Positions 9,250-18,720 of a stretch of 64,000 nucleotides of DNA are shown piece by piece. The stretch's first letter is position 1, and the number at the start of each line of letters is the position of its first letter. The translations under genes and the position numbers were made by a program. The notes under the pieces were generated by a model, which ran no database searches, had not been told where the DNA came from, and saw only the letters and a program-made list of their open reading frames with translations. The stretch is from Bradyrhizobium sp. GTDB lineage: Bacteria > Pseudomonadota > Alphaproteobacteria > Rhizobiales > Xanthobacteraceae. The stretch spans positions 12,995 to 76,994 of the forward strand of contig NZ_DATGFH010000132.1 of assembly GCF_035309285.1 (NCBI RefSeq), written 5' to 3'.

Positions 9250-9882
9250 TCAACTGACGCTTGCGAGCGCGGCGCGGACGCGTTCAGGCGCCCATCGTTT
9301 GACCGGCGTCGGCGGCGCGCCGGGCGAGGCAATGTCCGTACCTTCTCCCTGGCGCAGGATCACTTGCTGACCCGCTGAGGTCACCGCCACCGAGCCGCGC
9401 GCAACGAATACACCGAAGCGATCGTTGCTCGGCCCCGCGAAGAATCGTGTGCCGCGCACCGCTATCAGCGCGAAGGGGCTGCGGATTTGCACGCCCGCGC
9501 GGCGCGGCTTTCCGTCGAACAGCAACGGTCCCGAGAGCAGCGTCATCTCTCCGCCGGCATTGACGAGAAACCGGTCAATCTTCAGCCGCGCTTGTTCGCC
9601 AAGCCTCACCGTCGTATCGCGGCCAAGCCGCATTGCCAGTCGGGAGGTGACGCCGGTCTCGACTTCCTCGCTGAGGAAAACTGGCGCGGCCCGATCAAGC
9701 GTGCGGCGCACCGACTCGAGCTCGGCGAATGCCTCGCCCGTGACGTCTTCGACCGAGCCAACCCGTTCCGCTGAACGCGCTGGTCGGAGGCCGAGAATGA
9801 ATGAGAGCGCCAGCGCTCCGTGGCGGAGAAGCCAGCGTCGATTGCGGGAGTGGTCGCGTTCGGTCTCACCAGGTCCGGTCAT
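9250..9882 (-). CDS. FecR domain-containing periplasmic protein
   Basis: VETG..SR..MRLGRDTTVRLGEQARLKID and IRSPFALIAVRGTRFF are FecR-domain hallmarks; sits upstream of the CHASE2 cyclase. Start uncertain (9882 or 9918). Confidence 0.85.
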   Translation of the reverse strand: MTGPGETERDHSRNRRWLLRHGALALSFILGLRPARSAERVGSVEDVTGEAFAELESVRRTLDRAAPVFLSEEVETGVTSRLAMRLGRDTTVRLGEQARLKIDRFLVNAGGEMTLLSGPLLFDGKPRRAGVQIRSPFALIAVRGTRFFAGPSNDRFGVFVARGSVAVTSAGQQVILRQGEGTDIASPGAPPTPVKRWAPERVRAALASVS

Positions 9883-10207
9883 CGTCGATCCCCGTTGGCT
9901 CAGTGTTGCAGGGAGCAATCATTATCGCAGATGCCAGCGGCGCGTTCTGTCACCTGGTTCACAGGGCCGGACGGTCAAGCCATCTGCAACTCCGCCCCCA
10001 CATCGTCAACAAGGTCAGTGAACTCGGGGCGCTTCAGCCTGCCGGCGCGCGAGCCTCGCTACCGCGTGGGTCAGCGCATGCGGCAGTAGCTATTTCGAGA
10101 CCGCTCGGGGCTCGAGACACTTCACCCCGCGACCTTCGACGGAGGGTATCGCGGGTTCCATGATGCGGCAACGACCGTTGCACAAAAAAGCTGGCTGAAG
10201 CCCGTTC

Positions 10208-10310
10208 ATCTGTATAGGGGTCAAAAGCCTGCATCGCTTCCCGCCAGCCCTTGGGTCCGCCCCGCCTCTCAGCGCCGACATCGCAGATCCACGACCGAAG
10301 CCAGCTACGG
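10208..10310. repeat. Degenerate interspersed palindromic repeat copy
   Basis: GGGTCAAAAGC (10218-10228), then GTCCGCCCCGCCTCTCAGCGCCGACAT (10255-10281), then GCCAGCTACGGGC. Confidence 0.5.
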
Positions 10311-10434
10311 GCTCCCAGCATCCGTTCCGCATATCTTGACTCAGCAGCCGGGGGCTCCAATCTTCGCGGGAGTTAGCCGTGTGGAACTCAGCCGATCGAT
10401 CTTCAGATCGAGCACGCAGTCGGAGGATGGTGTC

Positions 10435-11388
10435 GTGAAGCGTAGCGATACAAGATTGCTGAGCCGGCGTGAATTCAATGAACGTTGCGTCGCGCTTGGT
10501 TCCTTGGTGACTTTGTCAGGACTGTTGGCTTGCGATGCAGCGACTGCCGTCGCCGCAACGGGCACAGCGCGGACCGTCAAGTTTCGCGACGGCACCGTTG
10601 TCCCGGCGATCGGTCAGGGCTCTTGGCATATCGGCCAGGGAAGACATCCGGCAGCCGACGAAGAAGAAGCGTTACGCACCGGCCTTTCGCTCGGGATGAG
10701 GCTGATTGACACATCGGGGAATTACGGTGAAGGCCGTTCCGAAGAATTGATCAAGCGCGCGATTGCCGATCAGCGTGACCACGCCTTCGTGGTGTCCAAG
10801 GTGGAAGCCAATGAGGTCATTGGAGATGCCATGGCGCGTGCTTGTGAGGCGAGCCTGACCCGGCTCGGGACTGATCATCTCGATCTCTATTTGCTGCACT
10901 CGCCAACGCCGAACGCCGAGTTCTCCGAGGTCGTAACGGGGCTCGAAGGTCTACGCGCGGCCGGCAAGATTCGGGCCTGGGGTGTGTCCAACTTCACAGT
11001 CACACAAATGGAAGCTCTGTTCCATGTTCCACAGGGCGATCGCTGCGTGACCAATCAGGTCTATTACAATCTCGGCGGCCGCGGCATTGAACGCGACCTG
11101 CTGCCGTGGTGCGAGCGGCACAGCATGCCGGTGATGGCCTATTCGCCGCTTGGCGGCCTCGGCGCCAATCTGCTGCGTGATCCCGACCTTGGACGTATTG
11201 CCGCCGCACACGCTTGCTCCGCAGCCGCTGTCGCACTGGCCTGGACCATCCGCAGCGGCAACGTCATTGCAATTCCCGAATCCGGGTCCGTGGCACATGT
11301 CAAGGAAAACGCCGTCGCACTGTCGCTGACACTGACACCCGAGGAGCTTCAAACGCTGGATGCAGCGCATCCACTCTCAGGCCGCTAG
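10435..11388 (+). CDS. Aldo/keto reductase with twin-arginine-like leader
   Basis: AKR motifs IGQGSW, IDTSGNYGEG, FVVSK, DLYLLH, WGVSNF, NQVYYNL, YSPLG, IPESG. GTG 10435 follows GGAGG; N-terminal SRREF then a hydrophobic stretch. Confidence 0.88.
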   Translation: MKRSDTRLLSRREFNERCVALGSLVTLSGLLACDAATAVAATGTARTVKFRDGTVVPAIGQGSWHIGQGRHPAADEEEALRTGLSLGMRLIDTSGNYGEGRSEELIKRAIADQRDHAFVVSKVEANEVIGDAMARACEASLTRLGTDHLDLYLLHSPTPNAEFSEVVTGLEGLRAAGKIRAWGVSNFTVTQMEALFHVPQGDRCVTNQVYYNLGGRGIERDLLPWCERHSMPVMAYSPLGGLGANLLRDPDLGRIAAAHACSAAAVALAWTIRSGNVIAIPESGSVAHVKENAVALSLTLTPEELQTLDAAHPLSGR

Positions 11389-11546
11389 AGTTGATTGGCG
11401 CTGAATGACCGCTCCCTTGGCGAAGGAGATGCGCGACTAAATATGGGCTGGCTTAAATATGCGTGGAGCTTCGGCGGCGCCGCGCCAATCCTTGCCTCCC
11501 AGAACGCAAAGTGCTTACGATTGCATTCGCGCTTCGAGGCGGGCCG

Positions 11547-12737
11547 ATGAGAGCTGAACGGCACGGTATTCGCTTTGCCTGCACCATTGTAGCGGCGACC
11601 TTGACGATTGCGGTCTGGAGCGCCGCAGCTACGCCTCCTGCTGCATCAACGAGCAGCACGTCAACGGAGAGCCCAGCATCTGCCACACCCGAACCGCGCA
11701 GCGGGCATTTCCTCTACGCCGTCAATCAGGCGGCGGCCATACGGGGTTCCATATCGGTCTACGACATCAACGCCGGGCATCGACTGGTGAAGACCATCGA
11801 GACCGTTCGCGACGTGGACGACGTGAAGGGGGTCGTCGCCAGCGCGGCGACCGGTCGACTCTATGTGGCCTACCGGACCCGTTCGGGAATCGGGATGATC
11901 TATTGCCTTGATCTCCGCGATGACGCGGTACTTTGGAATCGCGCCATCGATCCCGATGTCGATCGGCTGGCGATTCATCCGGGCGGTCAGCCTTTGTACG
12001 TTCCGACCTGGGAAGGCCGCGCGGCCGACGTGCTCAACGTTGTCGATGCCGGCACGGGCGATGTCATCCGCAAGGTGCATTTCTCCAGTCGATTGCACGA
12101 TACCCAGTTCCCGCTGTCCGGGCCGCTCTTTCAGGAGACCAAGGCCGATGACGGGAGCGGAAGATACCTCTATTTGATCGATCCGCAGAGCTACACGGTC
12201 TCCCGCGTCGGCCCTTACGCCGGCATTCTCGGACCCTACGCGGTCGACGGTATGAGTCGCTACGTGGTGAACAACGTGACCGGCCTGTGGGGGATGCAGG
12301 TTGCCGAGCTCAAGAGCGGCCGCATCGTCACCGCCAGCCTTGCGGAGCATCCACCCGGCGAACCCGAACTGCTGCACGGGATCGGATGGACACCCGACGA
12401 GCGCGAGGTTTGGCAGAGCAGCAGTGCGGACGATCCGCACATCTATGTGTGGAGCATGCGCGATCCGATGGTCCCGGTCTTGAGTGAGCGGCTCAGCATG
12501 AAGAGTCGCCACGGGGCGCATTGGGTGACCTTCGACATCAAAGGCGACTACGCCTATGTCGCGCCCAACAAGGATAGCGATGACGCCACCGAAATATTCG
12601 ACGCCCATACCCACAAGTCCGTGGGACTGATTGGCTCGTCGGAGGACATGATCGAGGTCGATTTTGCCGACGGCAAGGTCAGCCGTGTCGGCGATCAATT
12701 TGGCATCGGGCGGGTCGCTCCCGCCGCGAAGAACTGA
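11547..12737 (+). CDS. Secreted YVTN/YncE-like beta-propeller protein
   Basis: Signal-like N-terminus, Ser/Thr/Pro linker, repeated blade-like units (LYAVN..ISVYD, LYVAYR, LYVPTW..LNVVDAGTG, YAYVA). Start uncertain (ORF open from 11463). Confidence 0.7.
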   Translation: MRAERHGIRFACTIVAATLTIAVWSAAATPPAASTSSTSTESPASATPEPRSGHFLYAVNQAAAIRGSISVYDINAGHRLVKTIETVRDVDDVKGVVASAATGRLYVAYRTRSGIGMIYCLDLRDDAVLWNRAIDPDVDRLAIHPGGQPLYVPTWEGRAADVLNVVDAGTGDVIRKVHFSSRLHDTQFPLSGPLFQETKADDGSGRYLYLIDPQSYTVSRVGPYAGILGPYAVDGMSRYVVNNVTGLWGMQVAELKSGRIVTASLAEHPPGEPELLHGIGWTPDEREVWQSSSADDPHIYVWSMRDPMVPVLSERLSMKSRHGAHWVTFDIKGDYAYVAPNKDSDDATEIFDAHTHKSVGLIGSSEDMIEVDFADGKVSRVGDQFGIGRVAPAAKN

Positions 12738-12811
12738 TTGATGCGGGATATCGTCCACCGATCATCTCGGCAGCCCCCCCGGCAAAATATCGCCATCCGC
12801 GACCTGCCTCA

Positions 12812-12860
12812 CTTCAGCAGATGGGTCGTCAGAACCAGCGTCTGCCCCATTGTGCGACCG
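12812..12860. repeat. Weak copy of the interspersed palindromic repeat
   Basis: CTTCAGCAGATGGGTCG then GTCTGCCCCATTGTGCGACCG (12840-12860); degenerate. Confidence 0.3.
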
Positions 12861-12959
12861 CAAACACAATTGACTAGGTCAATCGTCGGCTCCGCCTCTA
12901 AGGGTTGAGATCGACGGCTTGGCCTCGATTGCTAGCAGGCGCCGTGCGGGAGGTTTGAA

Positions 12960-13940
12960 ATGTGGAGATGGCTCACGGTGCTGACGCTTGCGTTTCTGCA
13001 ATCTGTCGTTGCGGCCAGCGCGAACGATTTGAAGGTGACCCTGCTTGGCACCGGCACGCCGACGCCGCGGGTGGGTAGCTTCAGCGCCTCGACATTGGTC
13101 GAAGCGGGTCCGGAAAAGCTGCTGTTTGATTTCGGGCGCGGTTCCACGATCCGGCTGTTCCAGAAGCACATCCCGCTCGGCGCCATCACGGCGCATTTCA
13201 TCACTCATCTGCACTCAGATCACGTCGTCGGCCTGCCGGACATGTGGCTGACCGGCTGGATCGCCACGCCCTGGGCCTCGCGAAAATCGCCGATGGTCAT
13301 CTACGGCCCGGCGGGCACCGTCGCCATGACGCAGAATCTGACGAAGGCCTTTTCCGAGGACATTCGGATTCGCGAGGCTGACGAGCACCTGCCGCCGGTG
13401 GGCGTTGCTTTCGACGCCCACGATATCGAACCGGGCCTCGTCTACGACAAGAACGGTGTGAAGGTCACTGCGATCGAGGTCAATCACGGGGAGAAGATCA
13501 AGCCGGCCTTCGGCTATGTCATCGCGTACGATGGCAGAAAGGTCGTGCTTTCGGGCGATACCAAGTACGATGGGCGGGTGGCGAACGCGGCAAGAGGCGC
13601 CGATCTCCTCGTGCACGAGGTGGCGGTGATCGCGCCCGAGCTCTCGAAGAGCTATCCCTCCTATCGCGATATCGAAGCGCATCACTCCTCACCGGAGGAT
13701 GCGGGCCGCATCTTTTCGCTGGCGAAGCCGAAGCTCACCGTCTACTCGCACATCGTGTTCGCGACGCTCAAGCCGGTGCAGGACGTGCCCGAGGACGCGC
13801 TCGTGCAGCGAACGCGCACGACCTACCGCGGCCCGCTCATCGTCGGTCACGACCTGATGTCGTTCGTGGTCGGCGACGCAGTGTCGGCGTTTGGTCCCAA
13901 CGGTGAGCCCGTCAAGGCACTGGAGGCCGAGCCGCGCTGA
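12960..13940 (+). CDS. Exported metallo-beta-lactamase-fold hydrolase (RNase Z / AtsA arylsulfatase-like)
   Basis: Signal peptide; LLGTGTP, LLFDFGRG, THLHSDH (HxHxDH), VNHG, SGDT, LLVHE, HHSSPE, YSH. Confidence 0.88.
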   Translation: MWRWLTVLTLAFLQSVVAASANDLKVTLLGTGTPTPRVGSFSASTLVEAGPEKLLFDFGRGSTIRLFQKHIPLGAITAHFITHLHSDHVVGLPDMWLTGWIATPWASRKSPMVIYGPAGTVAMTQNLTKAFSEDIRIREADEHLPPVGVAFDAHDIEPGLVYDKNGVKVTAIEVNHGEKIKPAFGYVIAYDGRKVVLSGDTKYDGRVANAARGADLLVHEVAVIAPELSKSYPSYRDIEAHHSSPEDAGRIFSLAKPKLTVYSHIVFATLKPVQDVPEDALVQRTRTTYRGPLIVGHDLMSFVVGDAVSAFGPNGEPVKALEAEPR

Positions 13941-14017
13941 AGCAGCGCCGCCTTCCCTCTGCGCGCCGTAGCGCGACGTTGCAGCGCTGTCGGGGAAGGA
14001 AAACGGTGACCGCGGGT

Positions 14018-14560
14018 CTAGGGGACTTCCTCCTCCGCGTTGCCGCCCTTGGCGATCTCATCGTTGGTAAGATCGCCTGCCCTGCGCTCCAGTTTCCCAA
14101 GCAGCGTCTCGAGCAACTCGGCTTCCTGATCGGTCAGGCAGGAAGCAAACTTCGCATTGTATTTTTTTCCGTTCTCTCGCGCCTGCTCGTAGACAGCCTG
14201 ACCGGCGACGGTGAGCCTTAAGACAAGCAGTCGCTTGTTTGAAGACAGTCTGGCTTTCATGATCAGGCTGCGTTCGACCAGCTTGGCGACACCTCGGCTC
14301 AAGACGACCTGATCAAGATCTGCGATCTCGCCGAGCTCGGTCAGGCTCCTGTCCGGGTGTTGACCGACATAGGCGAGGATACGCCAGTCGCGACGGGTGA
14401 TGCCGAGCGCGCGGCGAAACATGATCCCTGCGCCTCGCGCTGCCAGCTTCGAGAGGTTGTAGAGCCGAAACGCGAGAAAGTCGTCAATCTCTTCGGGATG
14501 TTTCAAACGGAATGCGACATCTTTCACGGACTTGACGGAAGCAGCTTGGCGAGATGACAT
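14018..14560 (-). CDS. MarR family transcriptional regulator
   Basis: LGITRRDWRIL...SLTELGEIADLDQVVLSRGVAKLVERSLI...NKR..LRLTVAG. ATG 14560 preferred over the long ORF-track start at 14776. Confidence 0.85.
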   Translation of the reverse strand: MSSRQAASVKSVKDVAFRLKHPEEIDDFLAFRLYNLSKLAARGAGIMFRRALGITRRDWRILAYVGQHPDRSLTELGEIADLDQVVLSRGVAKLVERSLIMKARLSSNKRLLVLRLTVAGQAVYEQARENGKKYNAKFASCLTDQEAELLETLLGKLERRAGDLTNDEIAKGGNAEEEVP

Positions 14561-14747
14561 GGATCGTACCGGCGAGAATGTTGAGCCTTGCGCTGTTGGC
14601 CTTTTCATCCGCTGACCGCAGCGCAGTTGTGCCACCGCTCGTGTCGTCGGCTTCTCGCCATTCTGCAACGGCAGGAAGAAAGGGGACAACCACATCACCG
14701 AATTCACAACACCAATTCGATTCCGGGCGCTGTCTGGAAGCGCCCCC

Positions 14748-15944
14748 TCAAACCGGCAATTTGTTGACTGCCGCAATCGCCGTCATCACGCCGCGGATTT
14801 CGGCCATTCCTCGCAAGCGGCCAATCAGGGGATAGCCGGGGTGGGTGCCGCGGCCGATGTCGTCGAGCAATTCGTGGCCGTGATCCGGGCGGAACGGAAT
14901 CCTCCAGGAGGACACGCCGGTATGTTTTCGACGGGCTTGTTCCTTCAACAGCGCGGTCACCACCGCGACCATGTCGACGTCGCCAGCGAGATGATCCGCT
15001 TCCATGAAGCTGCCGTCCGGCGACTTCTTCACGTTGCGTAGATGCGCGAAATGGATGTATGGCGCAAAGCGCGCGGCCATCGCCGGCACGTCGTTGGCAG
15101 CTCCCGCGCCGAGCGCGCCGGTGCAGAAGGTGATGCCGTTGGCTTTCGAGGGACAAGCCTCGACGATAAATTGAAGGTCGTCCGCCGAGGAGACGATACG
15201 AGGCAACCCGAACAGGTCGCGCGGCGGATCATCGGGGTGAACACACAGGTTGACGCCGACCTCCTCGGCGGTCGGCACCACCTCGCGCAGGAATCTCGCG
15301 TAATTGGCGCGCAGCTCCTCGCGCCCGATGCCGCGAAAGCGATCCAGCACCTTGCGCAGGCCCGGAACATCATAGCGATCGAACACGCCCGGCAATCCGG
15401 CCATGATGGTGGCGAGCAGGCGGCTCTTGTCGGCTTCCGACGCGCGCTTGACCCAGGCCCGCGCGCGATCGAGCACGTCGCCGGCGTGATCGTCTTCGGC
15501 ACCGGGCCGCTCGAGAATGTAGCAGTCGAACGCCGCGTAGGCGTCGGCGTCGAAGCGCAACGCCGTGCCGCCGCCGGGCAGGCGATAGCCGAGCTCAGTC
15601 CGCGTCCAGTCGAGCACCGCCATGAAATTGTAGCAGACCGTGGTGACGCCGCAGGCTGCAAGATTGCGCAGCGACTGTCGGTAATTCTCGAACAGCGGCT
15701 GAAGATTGCCCTCGCCGAGCTTGATCGGCTCGGCCACCGGCAGGCTCTCCACCACGCTCCAGCGCAAGGCCAGCTCTGCGTCGGCGGAAATCATATCGCG
15801 CCGTCGGCTGATCTCCTCCACGCTCCAGACCACGCCATAGGGGATGTGATGCAACGCCGTGACAATCCCCGAGGCGCCCGCCTGCCGGATTTGCGGCAAT
15901 TGAATGCGATCATCGGGGCCGAACCAACGCCAGGTCTGTTCCAT
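14748..15944 (-). CDS. uxuA: Mannonate dehydratase
   Basis: MEQTWRWFGPDD, WSVVESLPV, VCYNFM..LDWTRT, VHPDDPP..LFGLPRIVS, CTGALG, FAHLRN, RPDHGH, PGYPLIGRLRG. Confidence 0.96.
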   Translation of the reverse strand: MEQTWRWFGPDDRIQLPQIRQAGASGIVTALHHIPYGVVWSVEEISRRRDMISADAELALRWSVVESLPVAEPIKLGEGNLQPLFENYRQSLRNLAACGVTTVCYNFMAVLDWTRTELGYRLPGGGTALRFDADAYAAFDCYILERPGAEDDHAGDVLDRARAWVKRASEADKSRLLATIMAGLPGVFDRYDVPGLRKVLDRFRGIGREELRANYARFLREVVPTAEEVGVNLCVHPDDPPRDLFGLPRIVSSADDLQFIVEACPSKANGITFCTGALGAGAANDVPAMAARFAPYIHFAHLRNVKKSPDGSFMEADHLAGDVDMVAVVTALLKEQARRKHTGVSSWRIPFRPDHGHELLDDIGRGTHPGYPLIGRLRGMAEIRGVMTAIAAVNKLPV

Positions 15945-15977
15945 TAGATTTTCTGTTCCATGAGATATCTTTCCAGT

Positions 15978-16715
15978 TCACTTGCGACGAGACCGGCGCT
16001 TCGCCGTGACCTGCATCGCCAATTCCTCCTGCCGCACGAAAATCCCTTCGGCGCGGCGGAACACCTCGCGCAAGTGGCGGCGCATCGCCGCAACGGCCCG
16101 CTCTTCGTTGCAATCGGCCAATCCGCTCAGGATCTCGCGATGCTGCTCGATCAGGAGCGGAATGTGGCCGGCATCCTCCTGCAGGGTCAGGTGGCGCACG
16201 CGGTCGAAATGAATCTTGGTCTGCCGGATTACCTGCCAGACGCCCTCGAGGCGGCTGGTTCGGGCGATGGCGTGATGGAAGTGTTCATCCAGGGCATAGA
16301 AGCCGGCCGGCGTCGCGGCCTTCTCCTGCCGCTCGATGATCTCGCCGAGCTCGCGCAGCGAGGTCGCGTCGATGAATCGAACCGCCTCGGTGACGAGCGC
16401 GCATTCGAGATGCTCGCGGATGAACTGGGCGTGCCGAAAGGCTTCCCGCGAGATGGGCGCGACCACGGTGCCGCTCTGCGGATAAATCCGGACGAGATCG
16501 GCGTCGGCGAGCTTGATCAGCGCCTCGCGCACCGGCGTGCGACTGACGCCGAGGCTGCTGCAAAGGTCAAGCTCGGCCATCGGCGTGCCCGGCGGCAACG
16601 CGCCGCTGACGATCTCGTCGAGCAGGCGCTGATAGACCTGGTCGGCGAGCCGCGTACCGAGCTTCTCGGCCGCGCTGCCACTCGTCTCCATCAGCTCCGA
16701 GGTCTCATCCTTCAT
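15978..16715 (-). CDS. GntR (FCD/FadR subfamily) transcriptional regulator, RspR-like
   Basis: wHTH LCSSLGVSRTPVREALIKL, PQSGT, FCD motif DEHFHHAI and EHREI; lies inside the sugar-acid cluster. Confidence 0.9.
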   Translation of the reverse strand: MKDETSELMETSGSAAEKLGTRLADQVYQRLLDEIVSGALPPGTPMAELDLCSSLGVSRTPVREALIKLADADLVRIYPQSGTVVAPISREAFRHAQFIREHLECALVTEAVRFIDATSLRELGEIIERQEKAATPAGFYALDEHFHHAIARTSRLEGVWQVIRQTKIHFDRVRHLTLQEDAGHIPLLIEQHREILSGLADCNEERAVAAMRRHLREVFRRAEGIFVRQEELAMQVTAKRRSRRK

Positions 16716-16803
16716 GTCGCTCGAACCAAGTGCAGTTGGTCTTCCATCCATGCCCTGTCGCCGCGCAACCGTCGACACCTCACAAACACCGCAACGCCGC
16801 AAA

Positions 16804-18660
16804 TCACAGAAAACCGGTCGATATCCAGGGAATGAAGATAATCAAGAGCAGCGCGACCACCAGCGCGGCCAGATGCGGCCAGACATGCCGGATCGCTTCG
16901 TCCGGCGCCACCCGCCCGATCGCGCAGGCGAGATAAAAGCCTACGCCAAACGGCGGCGTGAACAGGCCGAGCCCCATCGAGAACACCGCGATGATGGCAT
17001 AGTGAATCTCGTTGACGCCCATCAGGCGCGCGATCGGAAACAGCAGCGGACCGAACAGCACGATGGCCGGCACACCCTCCAGCACGCTGCCGAGCACGAC
17101 AAAGGCCAGCGCCGAGATCACCAGGAATCCCCAGCGTCCGGCCGGCACCGCGCTCATCATGTTCACCAATTGCTGGGAGAAGCCGGATTGCGTCAGCGCC
17201 CAGGCCATCGCGGTCGCAGCGCCAACGACGAGCAGGATCGCGCCCGACAGCGCGACCGTGTCGACCAAGATCGGATAGACGCGGCGCCAGTCGAAGCAGC
17301 GATAGAAGAACATGCCGGCGAGGATGGTGTAGACGACGCCGATGGTCGCGACCTCCGTTGCCGTCGCGACGCCCTCTACGACGGCCGAGCGGATGAGGAT
17401 CGGCAGGCCGAGCCCGGGCAGCGCGACCGCGAACAGCTTCAGCTTGGCCCTGGCATCGACGCGCTTGACGTCGTGCAGATCTTCCTTGCGGGTCTGGATG
17501 AAAATGACGACCACGAGCGCCAGCGCGCCGACGATCGCGGGCAGCAACCCGCCGGTGAAGAGCGCCGCGATCGAGACCCCCGTCACCGATCCGACGGTGA
17601 TCAGCACGATCGACGGCGGAATCGTCTCCGACATCACCGCGGAGGCCGATAACAGTGAGACCAGGTCGCCTTCCGAGCTGCCGCGCTGCTTCATTTCCGG
17701 AAACAGCGCCGGCGCGACCGCGGCCATGTCGGCGGCTTTCGCGCCCGAGATGCCCGAGACCAGATACATCGCGCCCAACAGCACATATTGCAGGCCGCCA
17801 CGCAGGTGGCCGATCAGCGATACCAGGAAGGCGATCATCGCCCGCGCCAGTCCCGCTAGCTCGATCAGTGCGCCGAGCAGCACGAACATCGGCACGGCGA
17901 GGAGGACGATATGCGACATGCCTTCGCTGACGCGGCCGGGCACGATCAGCATCGGAATCTGCGTGGCGAATTCGAGATAGGCGACGGTCGCAAGCAGAAA
18001 CGCGAAGGCGATCGGGGTTCCGATCACCATCGCGAACGCGACCAGCCCAAGGAAGAAGATCAGGAGATTAGTGTTGCCGAGATCCTCAAGCCAGGGCGCA
18101 GCAAGCTGCAGCGCGGCGCCGACCACGGCGATCACGGCAAGCGAGCCGGCCATCTGCATCGTCGTTGCATATTGTAGGAGGCGATCGATCGCGGTGAGCA
18201 GCATCAGAAGAATGCCGACCAGGATCGCGGCCTCTCGATAGGCCTCGCTGATGTCGAGCACCGGCGTCGGGCTGATCAGATGGCTTTGCACATGCTCCCA
18301 GGTCGGCATCACCAGCGCGGCCAGCAGCGTGCAAACCAGCGTCAAGGCCAGCGCATCGACGCGGGCCCGCCAGGCCGGCGAAAGGTTGCGGATGAAAGCC
18401 GTCAGGCGCATGTGCTCGCCGCGGCGGAGCGCAACCACCGCCCCCAGCATCGAAAGCCAGATGAACAGCAAGGTTGCCAGCTCGTCCGACCAGGTCAGCG
18501 GCGCGTCGAACACATAGCGCGCGGTGGTGGCCGCGCCGAGCAGCACCGTCTCGGCCACCAAAATGGCCGCCGCCGCGGCCTCGACGAGGCGGCCGAGCGC
18601 TCTGTCAAATCTAGCAAAGATCTGGCGCGAGGGGATCGACGTTTGGGCCGTGATGTCCAT
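16804..18660 (-). CDS. dctM: TRAP transporter fused small+large permease (DctQM)
   Basis: N-terminal DctQ part (WSDELA..LFIWLSMLGAV.ALRRGEHM) fused to DctM (LLAVPMFVLLG, SGISGAKAAD, IPPSI, GLFTPPFG). Confidence 0.92.
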   Translation of the reverse strand: MDITAQTSIPSRQIFARFDRALGRLVEAAAAAILVAETVLLGAATTARYVFDAPLTWSDELATLLFIWLSMLGAVVALRRGEHMRLTAFIRNLSPAWRARVDALALTLVCTLLAALVMPTWEHVQSHLISPTPVLDISEAYREAAILVGILLMLLTAIDRLLQYATTMQMAGSLAVIAVVGAALQLAAPWLEDLGNTNLLIFFLGLVAFAMVIGTPIAFAFLLATVAYLEFATQIPMLIVPGRVSEGMSHIVLLAVPMFVLLGALIELAGLARAMIAFLVSLIGHLRGGLQYVLLGAMYLVSGISGAKAADMAAVAPALFPEMKQRGSSEGDLVSLLSASAVMSETIPPSIVLITVGSVTGVSIAALFTGGLLPAIVGALALVVVIFIQTRKEDLHDVKRVDARAKLKLFAVALPGLGLPILIRSAVVEGVATATEVATIGVVYTILAGMFFYRCFDWRRVYPILVDTVALSGAILLVVGAATAMAWALTQSGFSQQLVNMMSAVPAGRWGFLVISALAFVVLGSVLEGVPAIVLFGPLLFPIARLMGVNEIHYAIIAVFSMGLGLFTPPFGVGFYLACAIGRVAPDEAIRHVWPHLAALVVALLLIIFIPWISTGFL

Positions 18661-18720
18661 GGCGTTCACTCTCCCCGCTCCCGTCTTTGTGGCGCGCTTG
18701 GCGAAACGGCCGGCGCGTTC

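Noticed and set aside
4370-12870. Classical integron (attC sites, intI) or CRISPR array
   Set aside because: No integrase, no RYYYAAC/GTTRRRY-bounded attC structure, gene orientation is mixed, and there are no regularly spaced identical repeats.
12960-13940. tRNA-processing RNase Z (rnz) or a beta-lactamase resistance gene
   Set aside because: The signal peptide argues against tRNase function, and the motif set (LLGTGTP, HxHxDH, SGDT, HE) is RNase Z/AtsA-type rather than B1-B3 beta-lactamase.
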